Counted from the first letter of the stretch, positions 15,006 to 25,022 are shown. The stretch: DNA of 41,717 nucleotides from Candidatus Daviesbacteria bacterium RIFCSPLOWO2_01_FULL_37_10 (GCA_001776865.1 MFDK01000004.1:1-41717), one strand, 5' to 3'. A program made the numbers and translations. Notes: generated from the sequence alone by a model not told the origin.

Positions 15006-18000
15006 TTACCCTTCCATCCTTGCTCTTTCCGGACTGGTTGGAATGAGTCTCCCGATGATAACATTTTCTTTAAGCCCTATCAACTTATCTACCTTTCCTG
15101 CAATCGCCGCATCTGAAAGAATTGTTGTAGTTTCCTGGAATGAAGCTGCTGAAAGGAAACTTTCTGTCTGAAGGCTTGCACGCGTTATACCTAAAATAAC
15201 AACTTCCGCTGTAGCCGGATCTCCTCCGCTTGCTAAAACTCTTTGGTTTTCTTCTTCAAACCTTAGTTTATCTACTATTTCCCCTGGTAAAAGATTGGTG
15301 TTACCTTGAGATTCAATCCTTACTTTATCAGACATTTTTCGAACTATTATTTCAAAATATCTTTCATTTAAAGGAACCCCCTGACCTTCATAGACGCTTC
15401 TCACTTCATCAACAATATATCTTTGTGCCTCTCTTAAGCCCTTCACCCGTAATATATCTTTTATATCCATATGACCCCCTGAAAGTTGAGTGCCTGCTGA
15501 AATAAGCTGACCATCTTCAACAAGGAGTTGAGCGGTAACAGGAATTGCATATTCCCTTTCTTCATGAGGCTTTTGAGTTGTACGTACTCTAAGCTTGATT
15601 CCTGTATCTGTTTCAATAACTGATACTTTACCTGCAATTTCAGCAAGCGGAGATGTCATCTTCGGAGATCTTGCCTCAAAAAGCTCTTCCACCCTTGGAA
15701 GACCTGTTGTAATATCTAAACCGACAATTCCCCCTGTATGGAAAGTACGCATTGTAAGCTGGGTTCCAGGTTCACCAATGCTTTGAGCGGAGATTACACC
15801 AACCGGAACACCAATTTTTACAGGAGCTCTTGTTGTAAGATCCAATCCGAAACATGCGCTGCAAATACCGTATTTCGCAATACATGCCAGGGGAGTTCTT
15901 ACAAACACTTTTTCTACTCCAATCTTCATTAAATCCTGTACAAACCCGTCACTTAGATAGTCATTTGCGGGAGCTACAACTTTTTTCGTCTTTGGGTTCA
16001 CTACTTTTTCAATAACTCTTCTTCCAAGCAGCTTTGAAATTCCGGCAATAGGGTTATCCTTTGGCACATCAAGCCATATTCCCTCATTTGTCCCGCAATC
16101 CTCAAGTCTTACAATTACATCATGCGCTACATCCACAAGCCTTCTGGTTAAATATCCTGCATCAGCAGTTTTCAAAGCCTTATCAGCAACTCCTTTCCTT
16201 GCACCCCTACACGACGTAAAATATTCAAAAACAGATAATCCTTCTCTGTAATTTGATTTTGTCGGAAGTTCAACTATTTTTCCTGTAGGGTCAGTCGAGA
16301 GTCCCCTCATAGCGGAAAGTTGTTTTGCCTGATCCCTGGAACCACGGGCTCCTGCTTCAACAAGCATTCTTATCGGATTAAACGAGCCAAGATGCTCCCA
16401 GGTTGCGTTTGCAAGCTCTTCAGTTGTTTTAATCCAGACTCCCTGGCTAAGTTGCGATTTCTCTTCAGAAGTAATAAAGCCCTTATCTAAATTGGATTCA
16501 ATTTCAGATATTTCTTTTTCTGCTTTCTTAATATATTCAGGTTTATCCGGTACAATTTTTGCATCATATATGCCTATTGATACACCTGCCATAGTAGCAC
16601 CCCAAAAACCGGTTGCTTTTATTTTGTCGATCAAATTTGCCACCTCATCTTTAGTAAAAGCTTCCATTGCCCTAAGTACAATATCTCTTATGGTTACACC
16701 CCTGATAGGAATATTCAAGAAACGCATTTGCTCCGGTAATACTTGATTAAATAGAATCCTACCAACTGATGTTTCAATTAGCTCTTTTTCTCTATAAATT
16801 TTGATTTTTTGCCGGATAGATACCAGCCCTAACTTAAAATTTAAAATTGCTTCTTCCTCACTCATAAAAAATTTCAAGTCTTTAGCTTCTGCATCCGGAA
16901 TAGTTGTCAAATAGTAACAGCCAAGTGCCATTTCGCGGTTTGGAATAGTTAGCGGCTGACCATTAGCAGGTCCGAATATATTTTCTTTTGCCATCATCAG
17001 ATCTTTTGCTTCTTGTTGAGCTTTTCCTGAAAGCGGAACATGTATAGCCATCTGATCGCCATCAAAATCAGCATTGAATCCTGCACAAACGCAAGGGTGG
17101 ATGGCGATTGCATTACCATCTACAAGTACCGGGAAAAACGCCTGCATTCCGAGTCTGTGCAGAGTCGGAGCACGGTTTATTAAAATCGGGTGTCCTTCTA
17201 TAATTTCTTCCAAAATATCCCAAACCTCAGCAGGTTTGTGCTCCAAAACATTTTTTGCGCCTTTAACATTTGCAGCTAAACCTCTATTTATTACTTCACG
17301 GAGTACAAATGGCTTAAACATCTCAAGAGCCATTTCTTTCGGAAGTCCTACCTGATCAAGCCTTAAGTTTGGACCAACTACTATAACTGATCTTCCGGAA
17401 TAATCAACTCTTTTCCCTAAAAGATTCTGCCTGAATCTTCCCTGTTTTCCTCTTAACATATCAGACAGTGAGCGCAGCGTGTGGCCTACTGCCACTCTTC
17501 TAGAAGCTCTTCCTGCTGAATCGATCAAAGCGTCTACCGCTTCCTGCAGCATCCTTTTTTCATTTCTTAAGATTATCTCCGGTGCGCCTAAATTAATTAA
17601 CCTATTAAGCCTGTTATTTCTATTTATTACCCTGCGGTATAAATCATTTAAGTCTGAGGTTGCAAATCTGCCGCCGGGAAGTTGTACCATAGGTCTTAGA
17701 TCCGGAGGGAGCACTGGTAAAACACGAAGTATTATACACTCAGGGGATATGGATGCAGACCTCATACCTTCTATAATTCGAAGTCTTTTTGTTGCTTTAA
17801 TATGCCTTTGACCTGTAGATTTTCTGACTTCTTCCCGAAGATGTGAAGAGACTTTATCCAAATCCAGTTTTTTTAAAACTTCCAGGAGACTTTCTGCCCC
17901 CATTCCAATTGTCAAAAAGTTTGCTACACCATATTCATTTAATTTATTAAATTCATCCTCAACAAGGAGCTTAAGAGGTACTACACTCTTTACCAAATCT

Positions 18001-18695
18001 GTTACTGCCTTAAAAATTTCCTCCAGCTGACCTTGCTCAACTACAAAGTTGTCGCGAAGTTTTTGTATTTCATGTCTGTTTTTGAGTTCAAGCTCGGACA
18101 CGAGGAGTTCAAATCTTTCTTTTTCCTTATTTGTTTTCTTCTTTAAAGCTGAAAGCTCTGTTTTAAGAGTATTGTCTAAAAGTTTAATTTGTTTTTCAAG
18201 GTTTTCTTTTTGGGTTTCTATTTTTGCTTGCAGATCTTTTTCCAGCTTCTGGAGGGCTTTTGTTTTTTCTTCAGAAGAAACATCTATTACTAAAAAGGAT
18301 GCAAAATAAATAACCGCTTCAAGGTTTTTAGGAGAAATATCCAGAATTAGAGATAACTTTGAAGGAGCACCTTTAACAAACCAGGTATGGGCAACAGGAC
18401 AAGCCAGGGTTATATGTCCCATCCTTTCGCGTCTCACTCTTGACTGAGTTACTTCAACTCCACATTTATCACAAATAACACCTCTATACCTTATTCTTTT
18501 ATATTTTCCGCAATAACATTCATAATCCTTTGTAGGACCAAAAATATTTTCACTAAAAAGTCCGTCCTTTTCAGCTTTAAGTGTTCGATAATTTATGGTT
18601 TCAGGCTTAGTAACCTCACCAAAAGACCATCCGCGAATTTCTTCCGGGTTTGCAGCAGTAATTTTTAGTGCTTCAAAATCAAGTAGGTCATTCAT
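15006..18695 (-). CDS. rpoC: DNA-directed RNA polymerase subunit beta'
   Basis: 1229 aa. It has the zinc-binding CxC...CxxC N-terminus and the [14 protein letters not shown] catalytic loop. Confidence 0.98.
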   Translation of the reverse strand: MNDLLDFEALKITAANPEEIRGWSFGEVTKPETINYRTLKAEKDGLFSENIFGPTKDYECYCGKYKRIRYRGVICDKCGVEVTQSRVRRERMGHITLACPVAHTWFVKGAPSKLSLILDISPKNLEAVIYFASFLVIDVSSEEKTKALQKLEKDLQAKIETQKENLEKQIKLLDNTLKTELSALKKKTNKEKERFELLVSELELKNRHEIQKLRDNFVVEQGQLEEIFKAVTDLVKSVVPLKLLVEDEFNKLNEYGVANFLTIGMGAESLLEVLKKLDLDKVSSHLREEVRKSTGQRHIKATKRLRIIEGMRSASISPECIILRVLPVLPPDLRPMVQLPGGRFATSDLNDLYRRVINRNNRLNRLINLGAPEIILRNEKRMLQEAVDALIDSAGRASRRVAVGHTLRSLSDMLRGKQGRFRQNLLGKRVDYSGRSVIVVGPNLRLDQVGLPKEMALEMFKPFVLREVINRGLAANVKGAKNVLEHKPAEVWDILEEIIEGHPILINRAPTLHRLGMQAFFPVLVDGNAIAIHPCVCAGFNADFDGDQMAIHVPLSGKAQQEAKDLMMAKENIFGPANGQPLTIPNREMALGCYYLTTIPDAEAKDLKFFMSEEEAILNFKLGLVSIRQKIKIYREKELIETSVGRILFNQVLPEQMRFLNIPIRGVTIRDIVLRAMEAFTKDEVANLIDKIKATGFWGATMAGVSIGIYDAKIVPDKPEYIKKAEKEISEIESNLDKGFITSEEKSQLSQGVWIKTTEELANATWEHLGSFNPIRMLVEAGARGSRDQAKQLSAMRGLSTDPTGKIVELPTKSNYREGLSVFEYFTSCRGARKGVADKALKTADAGYLTRRLVDVAHDVIVRLEDCGTNEGIWLDVPKDNPIAGISKLLGRRVIEKVVNPKTKKVVAPANDYLSDGFVQDLMKIGVEKVFVRTPLACIAKYGICSACFGLDLTTRAPVKIGVPVGVISAQSIGEPGTQLTMRTFHTGGIVGLDITTGLPRVEELFEARSPKMTSPLAEIAGKVSVIETDTGIKLRVRTTQKPHEEREYAIPVTAQLLVEDGQLISAGTQLSGGHMDIKDILRVKGLREAQRYIVDEVRSVYEGQGVPLNERYFEIIVRKMSDKVRIESQGNTNLLPGEIVDKLRFEEENQRVLASGGDPATAEVVILGITRASLQTESFLSAASFQETTTILSDAAIAGKVDKLIGLKENVIIGRLIPTSPERARMEG

Positions 18696-18700
18696 ATTAG

Positions 18701-18762
18701 TCTTCAGCTATCAGCTATCAGACAATTACAAAAGTTTTTTTGTCTGAAGACTGATGACTGAT
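18701..18762. repeat. Inverted pair of heptamer arrays filling the rpoB-rpoC spacer
   Basis: The left arm is tcttcag ctatcag ctatcag (18701-18721). A 20-nt A/T-rich spacer follows. The right arm is gtctgaa gactgat gactgat (18742-18762). gtcttcag/ctgaagac and cagac/gtctg can pair. Confidence 0.8.
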
Positions 18763-18764
18763 AG

Positions 18765-21700
18765 CTATTCTTCCTCCCCTCCTTTTATTTCTTCTGTTTG
18801 CGGACCTGCATCAATAATCTCAAATGGAGAGCTTTCAACTCCTTCAATTTCAGAAACGTCGCTGGAAGTTTCTGCCTGCAAAACTCTTTTCATTTCCTCT
18901 ATTTCTTCTTTTAATTCATCTTTTACCTGCACCTCAGGAAGTTGAATAATTTTTGCTCCCAACGTCTGTACACCCATTCCCAACGCCTGTAACTCTTTTA
19001 CTAAAACTCTAAAAGACTCTGGTACTAAAGCCTGAGGGATTTCCGTTCCTTTGACAATTGCCTCAAAAGCTTTTGCTCTTCCTGCGACGTCATCGGATTT
19101 TATTGTAAGCATCTCCTGTAAAATGTGCGCCGCACCATATGCTTCAAGAGCCCAAACTTCCATTTCTCCGAGTCTCTGACCTCCCATCTGAGCTTTCCCT
19201 CCAAGAGGCTGTTGTGTTACTAAAGAATACGGACCTGTAGATCTTGCATGAATTTTCTCCTCAACCATGTGAATTAATTTCATGATGTAGTTCTTACCCA
19301 CAGCTACAGGAGAATCAAACATTTGCCCAGTTCTTCCGTCAATAAGCTGACATTTCCCATCCACAGGCAAACCTGCTTTTTTAAGCTCCTCAATAAGAAT
19401 TTCTTCAGGAATTTTTTCAAATACCGGAGCTGCAACTTTATATCCTAGTTTCTCGGCTGCAATACCCCAATGGGTTTCCAAGAGTTGACCTAAATTCATT
19501 CGGGATAATACTGAAAGGGGGGATATAATAATATCTATCTTGTCACCTGTTGTAAAATACGGCATATCAGCTTCAGGTATAATTTTTGAGATTACACCTT
19601 TATTACCGTGACGTCCTGCAAGTTTATCTCCTTCTGTAACTTTTCTAAGCTGAGCCACTTTAACCTTAATTCTCTGTAAAGTTCCTGCATCCAGCTCATC
19701 TCCGCCGTCGCGGGACAAAATTTGAACTCCAATTACAGTACCTCTTTCTCCATGAGGCATGCGAAGGGAAGTATCCCTTACCTCTTTTGCTTTTTCACCA
19801 AAAATTGCCTGCAGTAACCTTTCCTCCGCAGTAAGTTCAGTCTCGCCTTTTGGCTGTACTTTTCCGACTAGAATATCATTTGGACCAACTTCCGAACCAA
19901 TGCTTATAATCCCTGTCAAATCTAAGTTTGCCAACGCATCCTCTGACACATTAGGGATATCACGGGTTAGCTCTTCCAATCCAAGTTTAGTCTCAACAAC
20001 ATCAACTTCATATTCTTCAATATGGATTGAAGTTAATACATCATCTTTAACAAGCCGATCGGAAATGACAATTGCATCCTCGTAACCTAATCCGTCAAAA
20101 CTCATGTACGCAATCAGTAAATTTTGACCCAATGCCAGCTCTCCGTTTTCGGTAGCAGCACCATCAATGAGTAGATCCCCTGCGTTAACCTTCTGACCTA
20201 AACTTACAACAGGTCTTTGAGAATAACATGTACCTTGAGGGGAATTCACAAATTTTTTTATCTCATACTCAAGCTCTTCTTTTCTAGTTTTTAATGTAAC
20301 TTTATTACCATCAACGTATGCTATTGTTCCTGCTTCCGGAGCCCGGATAACCCTGCCCATATTATCTGCAACTACTCTTTCCATACCGGTACCTACAATT
20401 GGCGCCGCAGGCCTAAGTAGAGGTACTGCCTGACATTGCATGTGTGTTCCCATTAAAGCCCTGTTGGCATCATCATGAGCTAAAAATGGAATTAACGAAG
20501 CTGAAGTCCCAACTACCTGCTGCGGAGAAATATCAATCAGACTAACTTCCTTTGCATCTTCTTCAAAAAAATTGCCTGATTTTCTTACAGGCACCCTTTT
20601 TGGGACTATGTAGCCCTTATCATCTATCTCTACAGTAGCCTCAGTTACAATATAGTTTTCTTCATCGTCTGCGAGCAGATAAATTATTTCGTCTGTAACT
20701 TTTGGCTTTCCTTTATCCAAAATAACCTTTCTATATGGAGTTTCCAGAAATCCGTACTCATTAATCCTGGAATAAAGCGCAAGATACGTTACCAAACCTA
20801 TATTTTGACCCTCCGGAGACCTAATCGGATCAATTCTCCCATACTGACTATGATTTATGTCTCTTATTGAAAAGCTTGCCCTATCTCTTGTTATTCCTCC
20901 TGTACCCATAACTGAAAGTCTTCTCAAATGATCAACTGCTGAAAGCGGATTAACCTGATCCCAGATAGAGGAAAGCTGCGACGTTCTGAAAAATTCGTTT
21001 ATTGCAGCTATTACCGGTTTTGCATTAATTAAACCACCTGGTGTTATCTCAGAATCAAGGGTTAAGAGACTCATTCTTTCTTTAATAACCCTCTCAAGCC
21101 TTAAGATCCCGTTTCTAAATGCATTTTGTTGAACCAGCTCTCCAACTCTCCTTATCCTTCTGTTAGCCAGATGATCTATATCATCAACTCTCCCTTCATT
21201 ATTGGCAAGTTTAATCAAATACTTCAGAGCCTCTACAACATCATTCTTTGTTAAAATCCAGTTCTCAGGAGTGTTAGGGATATTTAATCCCAGCCTTTTA
21301 TTAATTTTAAATCTCCCGACTTTTGTTAAATTGTAACGTCTGGATGAAAAAAACATACCATCAAGAAGTCCTTTTGCAGTATCCAGCACAACCGGATCCC
21401 CTGGTCTCATTTTTCTAAAGATTTCAAGTAAAGACTCATCTGTACTTTTAGCAGGATCTTTTGTTAAGGTTTTTTCAATTAAACTAATTTCTTCTGATCC
21501 AAAATCCTTAAACAGTTCAAGAATTTCCTCGTCAGACGAATACCCTATCGCACGAAGAAAAGTTGTAGCAGGAAATTTTCTCCTTCTGTCTATTTTTACA
21601 GTTAAAACATCTGTATGTGAGATAGAAAATTCCAGCCAGGAACCTCTATACGGACGAAGTTCAGCCTGATAGAGCCTTCTTCCTGTTATTGGATCATCAA

Positions 21701-22142
21701 CAGCTGAGAAAAATACACCGGGAGACCGGACTATCTGGTTAACAATAACTCTTTCTACCCCGTTTATAATAAAAGTCCCCCTTTCAGTCATTTGGGGGAT
21801 ATCGCCAAGGAAAACGTCCTGCTGGTATTTTTGTCCTGTTTGTTTATTAGTAAGTATTGTTTTTACCTTTAGAGGAGCATCGTAAGTTACGCCTTTTTCA
21901 AGAGCTACTTCAGGATTATATTTAGATTTTCCGAAATTAAATTCTCCGAATTCCAATATCCAATTTTTACCTGTAAAATCTTCAATAGGGGAAATTTCTT
22001 CTAAAACTTCTTTTATTCCGTCGATCAAAAACCAGTTATAGGAATCGAGTTGGAGTTGGATTAAGTTAAGCTCAGGTTTTAAGCTTATAACTTTACCCCA
22101 ATATTTTCTGTCTGTTTCTAAACCCGATAGTTTTTTAGACAT
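18765..22142 (-). CDS. rpoB: DNA-directed RNA polymerase subunit beta
   Basis: 1125 aa. MSKKLSGLETDRKYWGKV...LQLDSYNWFL... and the conserved beta-subunit blocks run throughout. Confidence 0.98.
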   Translation of the reverse strand: MSKKLSGLETDRKYWGKVISLKPELNLIQLQLDSYNWFLIDGIKEVLEEISPIEDFTGKNWILEFGEFNFGKSKYNPEVALEKGVTYDAPLKVKTILTNKQTGQKYQQDVFLGDIPQMTERGTFIINGVERVIVNQIVRSPGVFFSAVDDPITGRRLYQAELRPYRGSWLEFSISHTDVLTVKIDRRRKFPATTFLRAIGYSSDEEILELFKDFGSEEISLIEKTLTKDPAKSTDESLLEIFRKMRPGDPVVLDTAKGLLDGMFFSSRRYNLTKVGRFKINKRLGLNIPNTPENWILTKNDVVEALKYLIKLANNEGRVDDIDHLANRRIRRVGELVQQNAFRNGILRLERVIKERMSLLTLDSEITPGGLINAKPVIAAINEFFRTSQLSSIWDQVNPLSAVDHLRRLSVMGTGGITRDRASFSIRDINHSQYGRIDPIRSPEGQNIGLVTYLALYSRINEYGFLETPYRKVILDKGKPKVTDEIIYLLADDEENYIVTEATVEIDDKGYIVPKRVPVRKSGNFFEEDAKEVSLIDISPQQVVGTSASLIPFLAHDDANRALMGTHMQCQAVPLLRPAAPIVGTGMERVVADNMGRVIRAPEAGTIAYVDGNKVTLKTRKEELEYEIKKFVNSPQGTCYSQRPVVSLGQKVNAGDLLIDGAATENGELALGQNLLIAYMSFDGLGYEDAIVISDRLVKDDVLTSIHIEEYEVDVVETKLGLEELTRDIPNVSEDALANLDLTGIISIGSEVGPNDILVGKVQPKGETELTAEERLLQAIFGEKAKEVRDTSLRMPHGERGTVIGVQILSRDGGDELDAGTLQRIKVKVAQLRKVTEGDKLAGRHGNKGVISKIIPEADMPYFTTGDKIDIIISPLSVLSRMNLGQLLETHWGIAAEKLGYKVAAPVFEKIPEEILIEELKKAGLPVDGKCQLIDGRTGQMFDSPVAVGKNYIMKLIHMVEEKIHARSTGPYSLVTQQPLGGKAQMGGQRLGEMEVWALEAYGAAHILQEMLTIKSDDVAGRAKAFEAIVKGTEIPQALVPESFRVLVKELQALGMGVQTLGAKIIQLPEVQVKDELKEEIEEMKRVLQAETSSDVSEIEGVESSPFEIIDAGPQTEEIKGGEEE

Positions 22143-22220
22143 TAGTAGATGGCCTCTATACTACAAGAAAAAGAAGCGTAACGACTTTGTACGCCTCAAT
22201 TTCACTATTCAATTAATAGT

Positions 22221-22249
22221 ATTAAACCACAATATCTTGTGTCTGTCAA
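22221..22249 (-). promoter_or_regulatory. Candidate rpoB promoter
   Basis: The minus strand reads TTGACA (22249-22244), a 17-nt spacer ending in TGg, then TTTAAT (22226-22221). It lies about 80 nt upstream of the rpoB ATG. Confidence 0.45.
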
Positions 22250-22383
22250 GGTCTGATTTAATCAGACCGAAGACCCTGAATTTATTGAAGGGTCAAGGAT
22301 TAAAATTGTAGAATTCAGGAGTTACCAAAATATTCTTCGAGCGAAGTGAGAAGTTACCATAAGAATATTAATATTTTTATGGT
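22250..22383. repeat. Repeat-dense spacer (several hairpin modules shared with other loci)
   Basis: Four modules. ggtctgatttaatcagacc is at 22250-22268. gaccctgaatttattgaagggtc is at 22272-22294, with a copy at 29732-29753. attcttcgagcgaagtgagaagt is at 22332-22354, with a copy at 41441-41463 and an inverted copy at 41653-41675. accataa...ttatggt is at 22356-22383. Confidence 0.75.
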
Positions 22384-22474
22384 ATGTTCTCGCTCGCCTC
22401 GCTGAGTCGGCGAAGCGGGCTAATCACTCGAACAATAAATCTGCTGGGAAGAACTGAACTCATACATAAGACTA

Positions 22475-22501
22475 TTGACTTTCAAGCTTATCGCTTATAA
22501 T
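22475..22501 (+). promoter_or_regulatory. Candidate promoter for the 176-aa ORF
   Basis: TTGACT (22475-22480), a 15-nt spacer, then TATAAT (22496-22501), 14 nt before the ATG. The spacer is short. Confidence 0.35.
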
Positions 22502-22515
22502 ATAAATCCTACAGT

Positions 22516-23046
22516 ATGATTGACACCCCAGATCTTTCAGAAGAAACTTCTAATATTTCAGATAACGAGATTGCGACCGCGATTGATCTCGCAAGAAAAC
22601 CGCTTAAAGAAACCAACGTTTTAAGAACATATGACATTCAAGATAGTATTAAAATTTCTATTGATGAAAATCAAAGAATAGTATTTCCAGAAAGTATTAA
22701 CTTAGCAAAGATGAGTTTCGACCCTTACAAATTATTAATCGGAATAAGCGCTGGAGATTATGATGAAAGTCAGAATAAGGCGATTATTTTTTATCCCCAT
22801 GAAAGAAATAATAAACTGAATGGAAAGTCTGTTATGAGAATGAGTGTTAATGCTGCAGTTAAACTTTTAGAAACTTGTTCAGAATATTTGGGTATAGATT
22901 CTAAAAGATTATTTTATATTTTTGAGGATTATACTAATAGGACACGCATCTGGAATGACGAAGAAATGGAACTCCATGGAAATGGTTTAGTCTATACCTT
23001 ATTAAACCACTATTCAAATAAAGTAAGGGGTTCTACTGTCAAATAG
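22516..23046 (+). CDS. Hypothetical 176-aa protein
   Basis: Clean ORF with an ATG start. I recognise no family. Confidence 0.5.
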   Translation: MIDTPDLSEETSNISDNEIATAIDLARKPLKETNVLRTYDIQDSIKISIDENQRIVFPESINLAKMSFDPYKLLIGISAGDYDESQNKAIIFYPHERNNKLNGKSVMRMSVNAAVKLLETCSEYLGIDSKRLFYIFEDYTNRTRIWNDEEMELHGNGLVYTLLNHYSNKVRGSTVK

Positions 23047-23125
23047 TTTATTCTTGAACCAGAATACCTTCCTCCATTGGAGGAGGGATGAATGGTTCAC
23101 AGAAGAACTTGCCCGAAGGGATACT

Positions 23126-23674
23126 TCACAGTTTACTGCGGAGTAATTTATTTTTCGAAACCGAAGGAGGGTTTAATATAGCTTCATCAATAATATCACG
23201 GAAGCTATCAATTGTTCCAAGAAATTGGCATCTACTTCGGAAAGCAATATCTCTTAGAGACTCTACAGGATCTCGACCTGATGGATTGTGGAATGAAATA
23301 TCAAATGGGATTGCACTAGTTTGTCCAAGCTCTTCATTTAAAACGCCTGCTAAATTCTCCTCCATTCGTTGACGTGACGATTCATCTAAATTAGACAGAA
23401 GATATGGCAACGCATGAAGATGTACTTTTCCACTATGGCGTGTTTTTTCAACAGTAATTCCTAAAGCTATCGGCATACGGTATCCATTGATTAGCCAGGG
23501 ATAGAAAGTTTTCACTCTTTCTGCTATAGTCAGGGCTTGCATAGATCCATGATAAGGCGTTAGAAACTCCATTAAAAGACCCAAGGGAAGATACCCGCTT
23601 TCCTGTGCTTCTTTTAATTGTTGCATTGATGCTCTTTGATTAGCTTCCAACTCTTGTAATACCATAAACTGCAT
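23126..23674 (-). CDS. Hypothetical ~180-aa protein
   Basis: Clean ORF with no recognisable family. The second ATG at 23665 (MVLQELE...) fits the extended -10 at 23677-23685 better than the first. Confidence 0.5.
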   Translation of the reverse strand: MQFMVLQELEANQRASMQQLKEAQESGYLPLGLLMEFLTPYHGSMQALTIAERVKTFYPWLINGYRMPIALGITVEKTRHSGKVHLHALPYLLSNLDESSRQRMEENLAGVLNEELGQTSAIPFDISFHNPSGRDPVESLRDIAFRSRCQFLGTIDSFRDIIDEAILNPPSVSKNKLLRSKL

Positions 23675-23676
23675 AA

Positions 23677-23685
23677 ATTATACCA
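23677..23685 (-). promoter_or_regulatory. Extended -10 promoter (TGgTATAAT), divergent from the NUDIX promoter
   Basis: The minus strand reads tggtataat. The ATG at 23665 lies 11 nt downstream. Confidence 0.4.
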
Positions 23686-23694
23686 CAATTCCTC

Positions 23695-23703
23695 TGCTAT
23701 AAT
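23695..23703 (+). promoter_or_regulatory. Extended -10 promoter (TGcTATAAT) for a leaderless NUDIX mRNA
   Basis: tgctataat, then 6 nt (taccga), then the ATG at 23710. Confidence 0.45.
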
Positions 23704-23709
23704 TACCGA

Positions 23710-24171
23710 ATGAAAGCTAAAGAAGGAGAAAAACATTTTACTGCATCTTGTTGGATAACTTCCACTGGAAAACCCAAAAAAATTCTGCTTATTCATCATA
23801 AGAAATTAGGAAGGTGGCTTCAGCCAGGAGGACATATTGAAAAATTTGAAAACCCGGTTGTTGCTGCAATAAGGGAAGTTCGCGAGGAAACGGGACTAGA
23901 TATCAGCTTTTTAGCTGATGGAATTTCCGTTATAGATAGCGAGGGCACATTTTTAACAGAGCCTGATTTTTTAATGGAACAAACTATTCCTGCACACGGT
24001 AAACAACCTCTTCACTATCACCTGGATATAAATTATGTTGTGTCAGTACCAGAACAGAAAATAAAACGCGCTGTTAAAGAATCCCGCGATATTGGCTGGT
24101 TTACCAAAAAAAATGCTCTAAAACTTAATGTTCATGAGGATACCAAAGTAATTATTAAAAAACTTATGTAA
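23710..24171 (+). CDS. NUDIX hydrolase
   Basis: The Nudix box GGHIEKFENPVVAAIREVREETGL matches Gx5Ex7REUxEExGU. Confidence 0.85.
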   Translation: MKAKEGEKHFTASCWITSTGKPKKILLIHHKKLGRWLQPGGHIEKFENPVVAAIREVREETGLDISFLADGISVIDSEGTFLTEPDFLMEQTIPAHGKQPLHYHLDINYVVSVPEQKIKRAVKESRDIGWFTKKNALKLNVHEDTKVIIKKLM

Positions 24172-24180
24172 TTGAAGGAA

Positions 24181-24402
24181 TTAAGCTACCGGGGTTTTTG
24201 GTAAAGACTTTCTATTCATAATAGCTTCTTTCTTAAGTCTTTTTTCTTCCATATCTGATTCCACAGCTTCCTGGCAAATTTTATCCGGACAAACAGTTTC
24301 TGTACGTGTAAGTACAGTATTACCTATTTGCTGTGTCCACTCTTTTGATACAATCCTGTCTTTCCCACATCTAATACAAGGGTTTGAATATACGGTTTGC
24401 AT
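24181..24402 (-). CDS. Small zinc-ribbon-like protein (73 aa)
   Basis: CIRCGKDR...CPDKIC cysteine pairs. No other recognisable feature. Confidence 0.45.
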   Translation of the reverse strand: MQTVYSNPCIRCGKDRIVSKEWTQQIGNTVLTRTETVCPDKICQEAVESDMEEKRLKKEAIMNRKSLPKTPVA

Positions 24403-24490
24403 AAAAACAGGTTTTTAAGATAAATCAAAAAGGCAGAAGAAGTATCTATACCTAAAACATATTATAACAGAGTCAGTTTAGTTTAGCAAA

Positions 24491-24522
24491 TTACGGATTA
24501 TTGGCTACATTTTTTGTTCTTC
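24491..24522 (-). other. Decayed duplicate of the mltG 3' end, including the stop position
   Basis: ttacggattattggctacattttttgttcttc compared with mltG 25023-25058 tcaaggattatttgctacattttccaggtgttcttc. By hand alignment 28/32 relic positions are identical with one 4-nt gap. Confidence 0.75.
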
Positions 24523-24529
24523 TGAAATG

Positions 24530-24538
24530 TGATATAAT
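24530..24538 (+). promoter_or_regulatory. Extended -10 promoter (TGaTATAAT) for a leaderless hicB mRNA
   Basis: tgatataat, then 6 nt (ctcact), then the ATG at 24545. Confidence 0.5.
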
Positions 24539-24544
24539 CTCACT

Positions 24545-24817
24545 ATGAAAAAGATTACTCAGAAAGTTTTGAAATATACTGTAATTTTTGAACCAGCAAA
24601 AGAAGGTGGATATGTTGTGTCTGTACCTGCATTACCGGGTTGCGCTACTCAAGGAGAAACTTTTGAAGAAGCAATCTATATGATTAAGGACGCTATAAAA
24701 CTTTATCTTTCCGTATTAAAAGAAGATGGCGAAGATATTCCTCAGGAAAAGGACGATATATTAATAACTAAAATCTCCATACCTGTACCTGCCATTTCTA
24801 TCAATGGCATCCTTTAA
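24545..24817 (+). CDS. hicB: HicB-family antitoxin
   Basis: KYTVIFEPAKEGGYVVSVPALPGCATQGETFEEAIYMIKDAIKLYL is the HicB/UPF0150 fold signature. It overlaps hicA by 14 nt. Confidence 0.85.
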   Translation: MKKITQKVLKYTVIFEPAKEGGYVVSVPALPGCATQGETFEEAIYMIKDAIKLYLSVLKEDGEDIPQEKDDILITKISIPVPAISINGIL

Positions 24818-25019
24818 ACCGAAAGAAATTATTTCTATTCTTCAGAAACTTGGATTTATTAGAAAAAGACAATCAGGCAGTCATGTCATAATGTATCATC
24901 CAGAGACAAAGATAAGTCTTCCAGTACCGCTTCATACCAAAGATATTAAGAGAGGACTAGTTTTAAGTATCATTAAACAAGCTAAATCAAACGAGGAAGA
25001 GTTTATTAAACTGAAATAA
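24804..25019 (+). CDS. hicA: HicA-family mRNA interferase toxin
   Basis: ...KEIISILQKLGFIRKRQSGSHVIMYHPE... is the HicA/YcfA signature. Confidence 0.85.
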   Translation: MASFKPKEIISILQKLGFIRKRQSGSHVIMYHPETKISLPVPLHTKDIKRGLVLSIIKQAKSNEEEFIKLK

Positions 25020-25022
25020 GTT

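Larger units (their letters stand above)
24523..25022. mobile_element. 500-bp hicBA cassette inserted at the mltG 3' end
   Basis: It is bounded by the intact mltG end and its relic and contains only a promoter, hicB and hicA. ctgaaat occurs at both junctions (24522-24528 and 25011-25017). Confidence 0.5.

Noticed and set aside
2455-18762. Heptamer arrays as CRISPR or other spacer-repeat arrays
   Set aside because: The units are 7 nt with no unique spacers. Several arrays lie inside coding regions, and no cas genes are present.
23067-23087. Hairpin ccttcctccattggaggaggg between the convergent ORFs 22516..23046 and 23126..23674 as a bidirectional terminator
   Set aside because: The stem is plausible but there is no U tract on either strand, so it is left uncalled.
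23088-23372. 94-aa plus-strand ORF overlapping 23126..23674
   Set aside because: It is fully antisense to a longer ORF, has no promoter or start context, and is judged a shadow frame. Neither ORF has homology support, so this choice is tentative.
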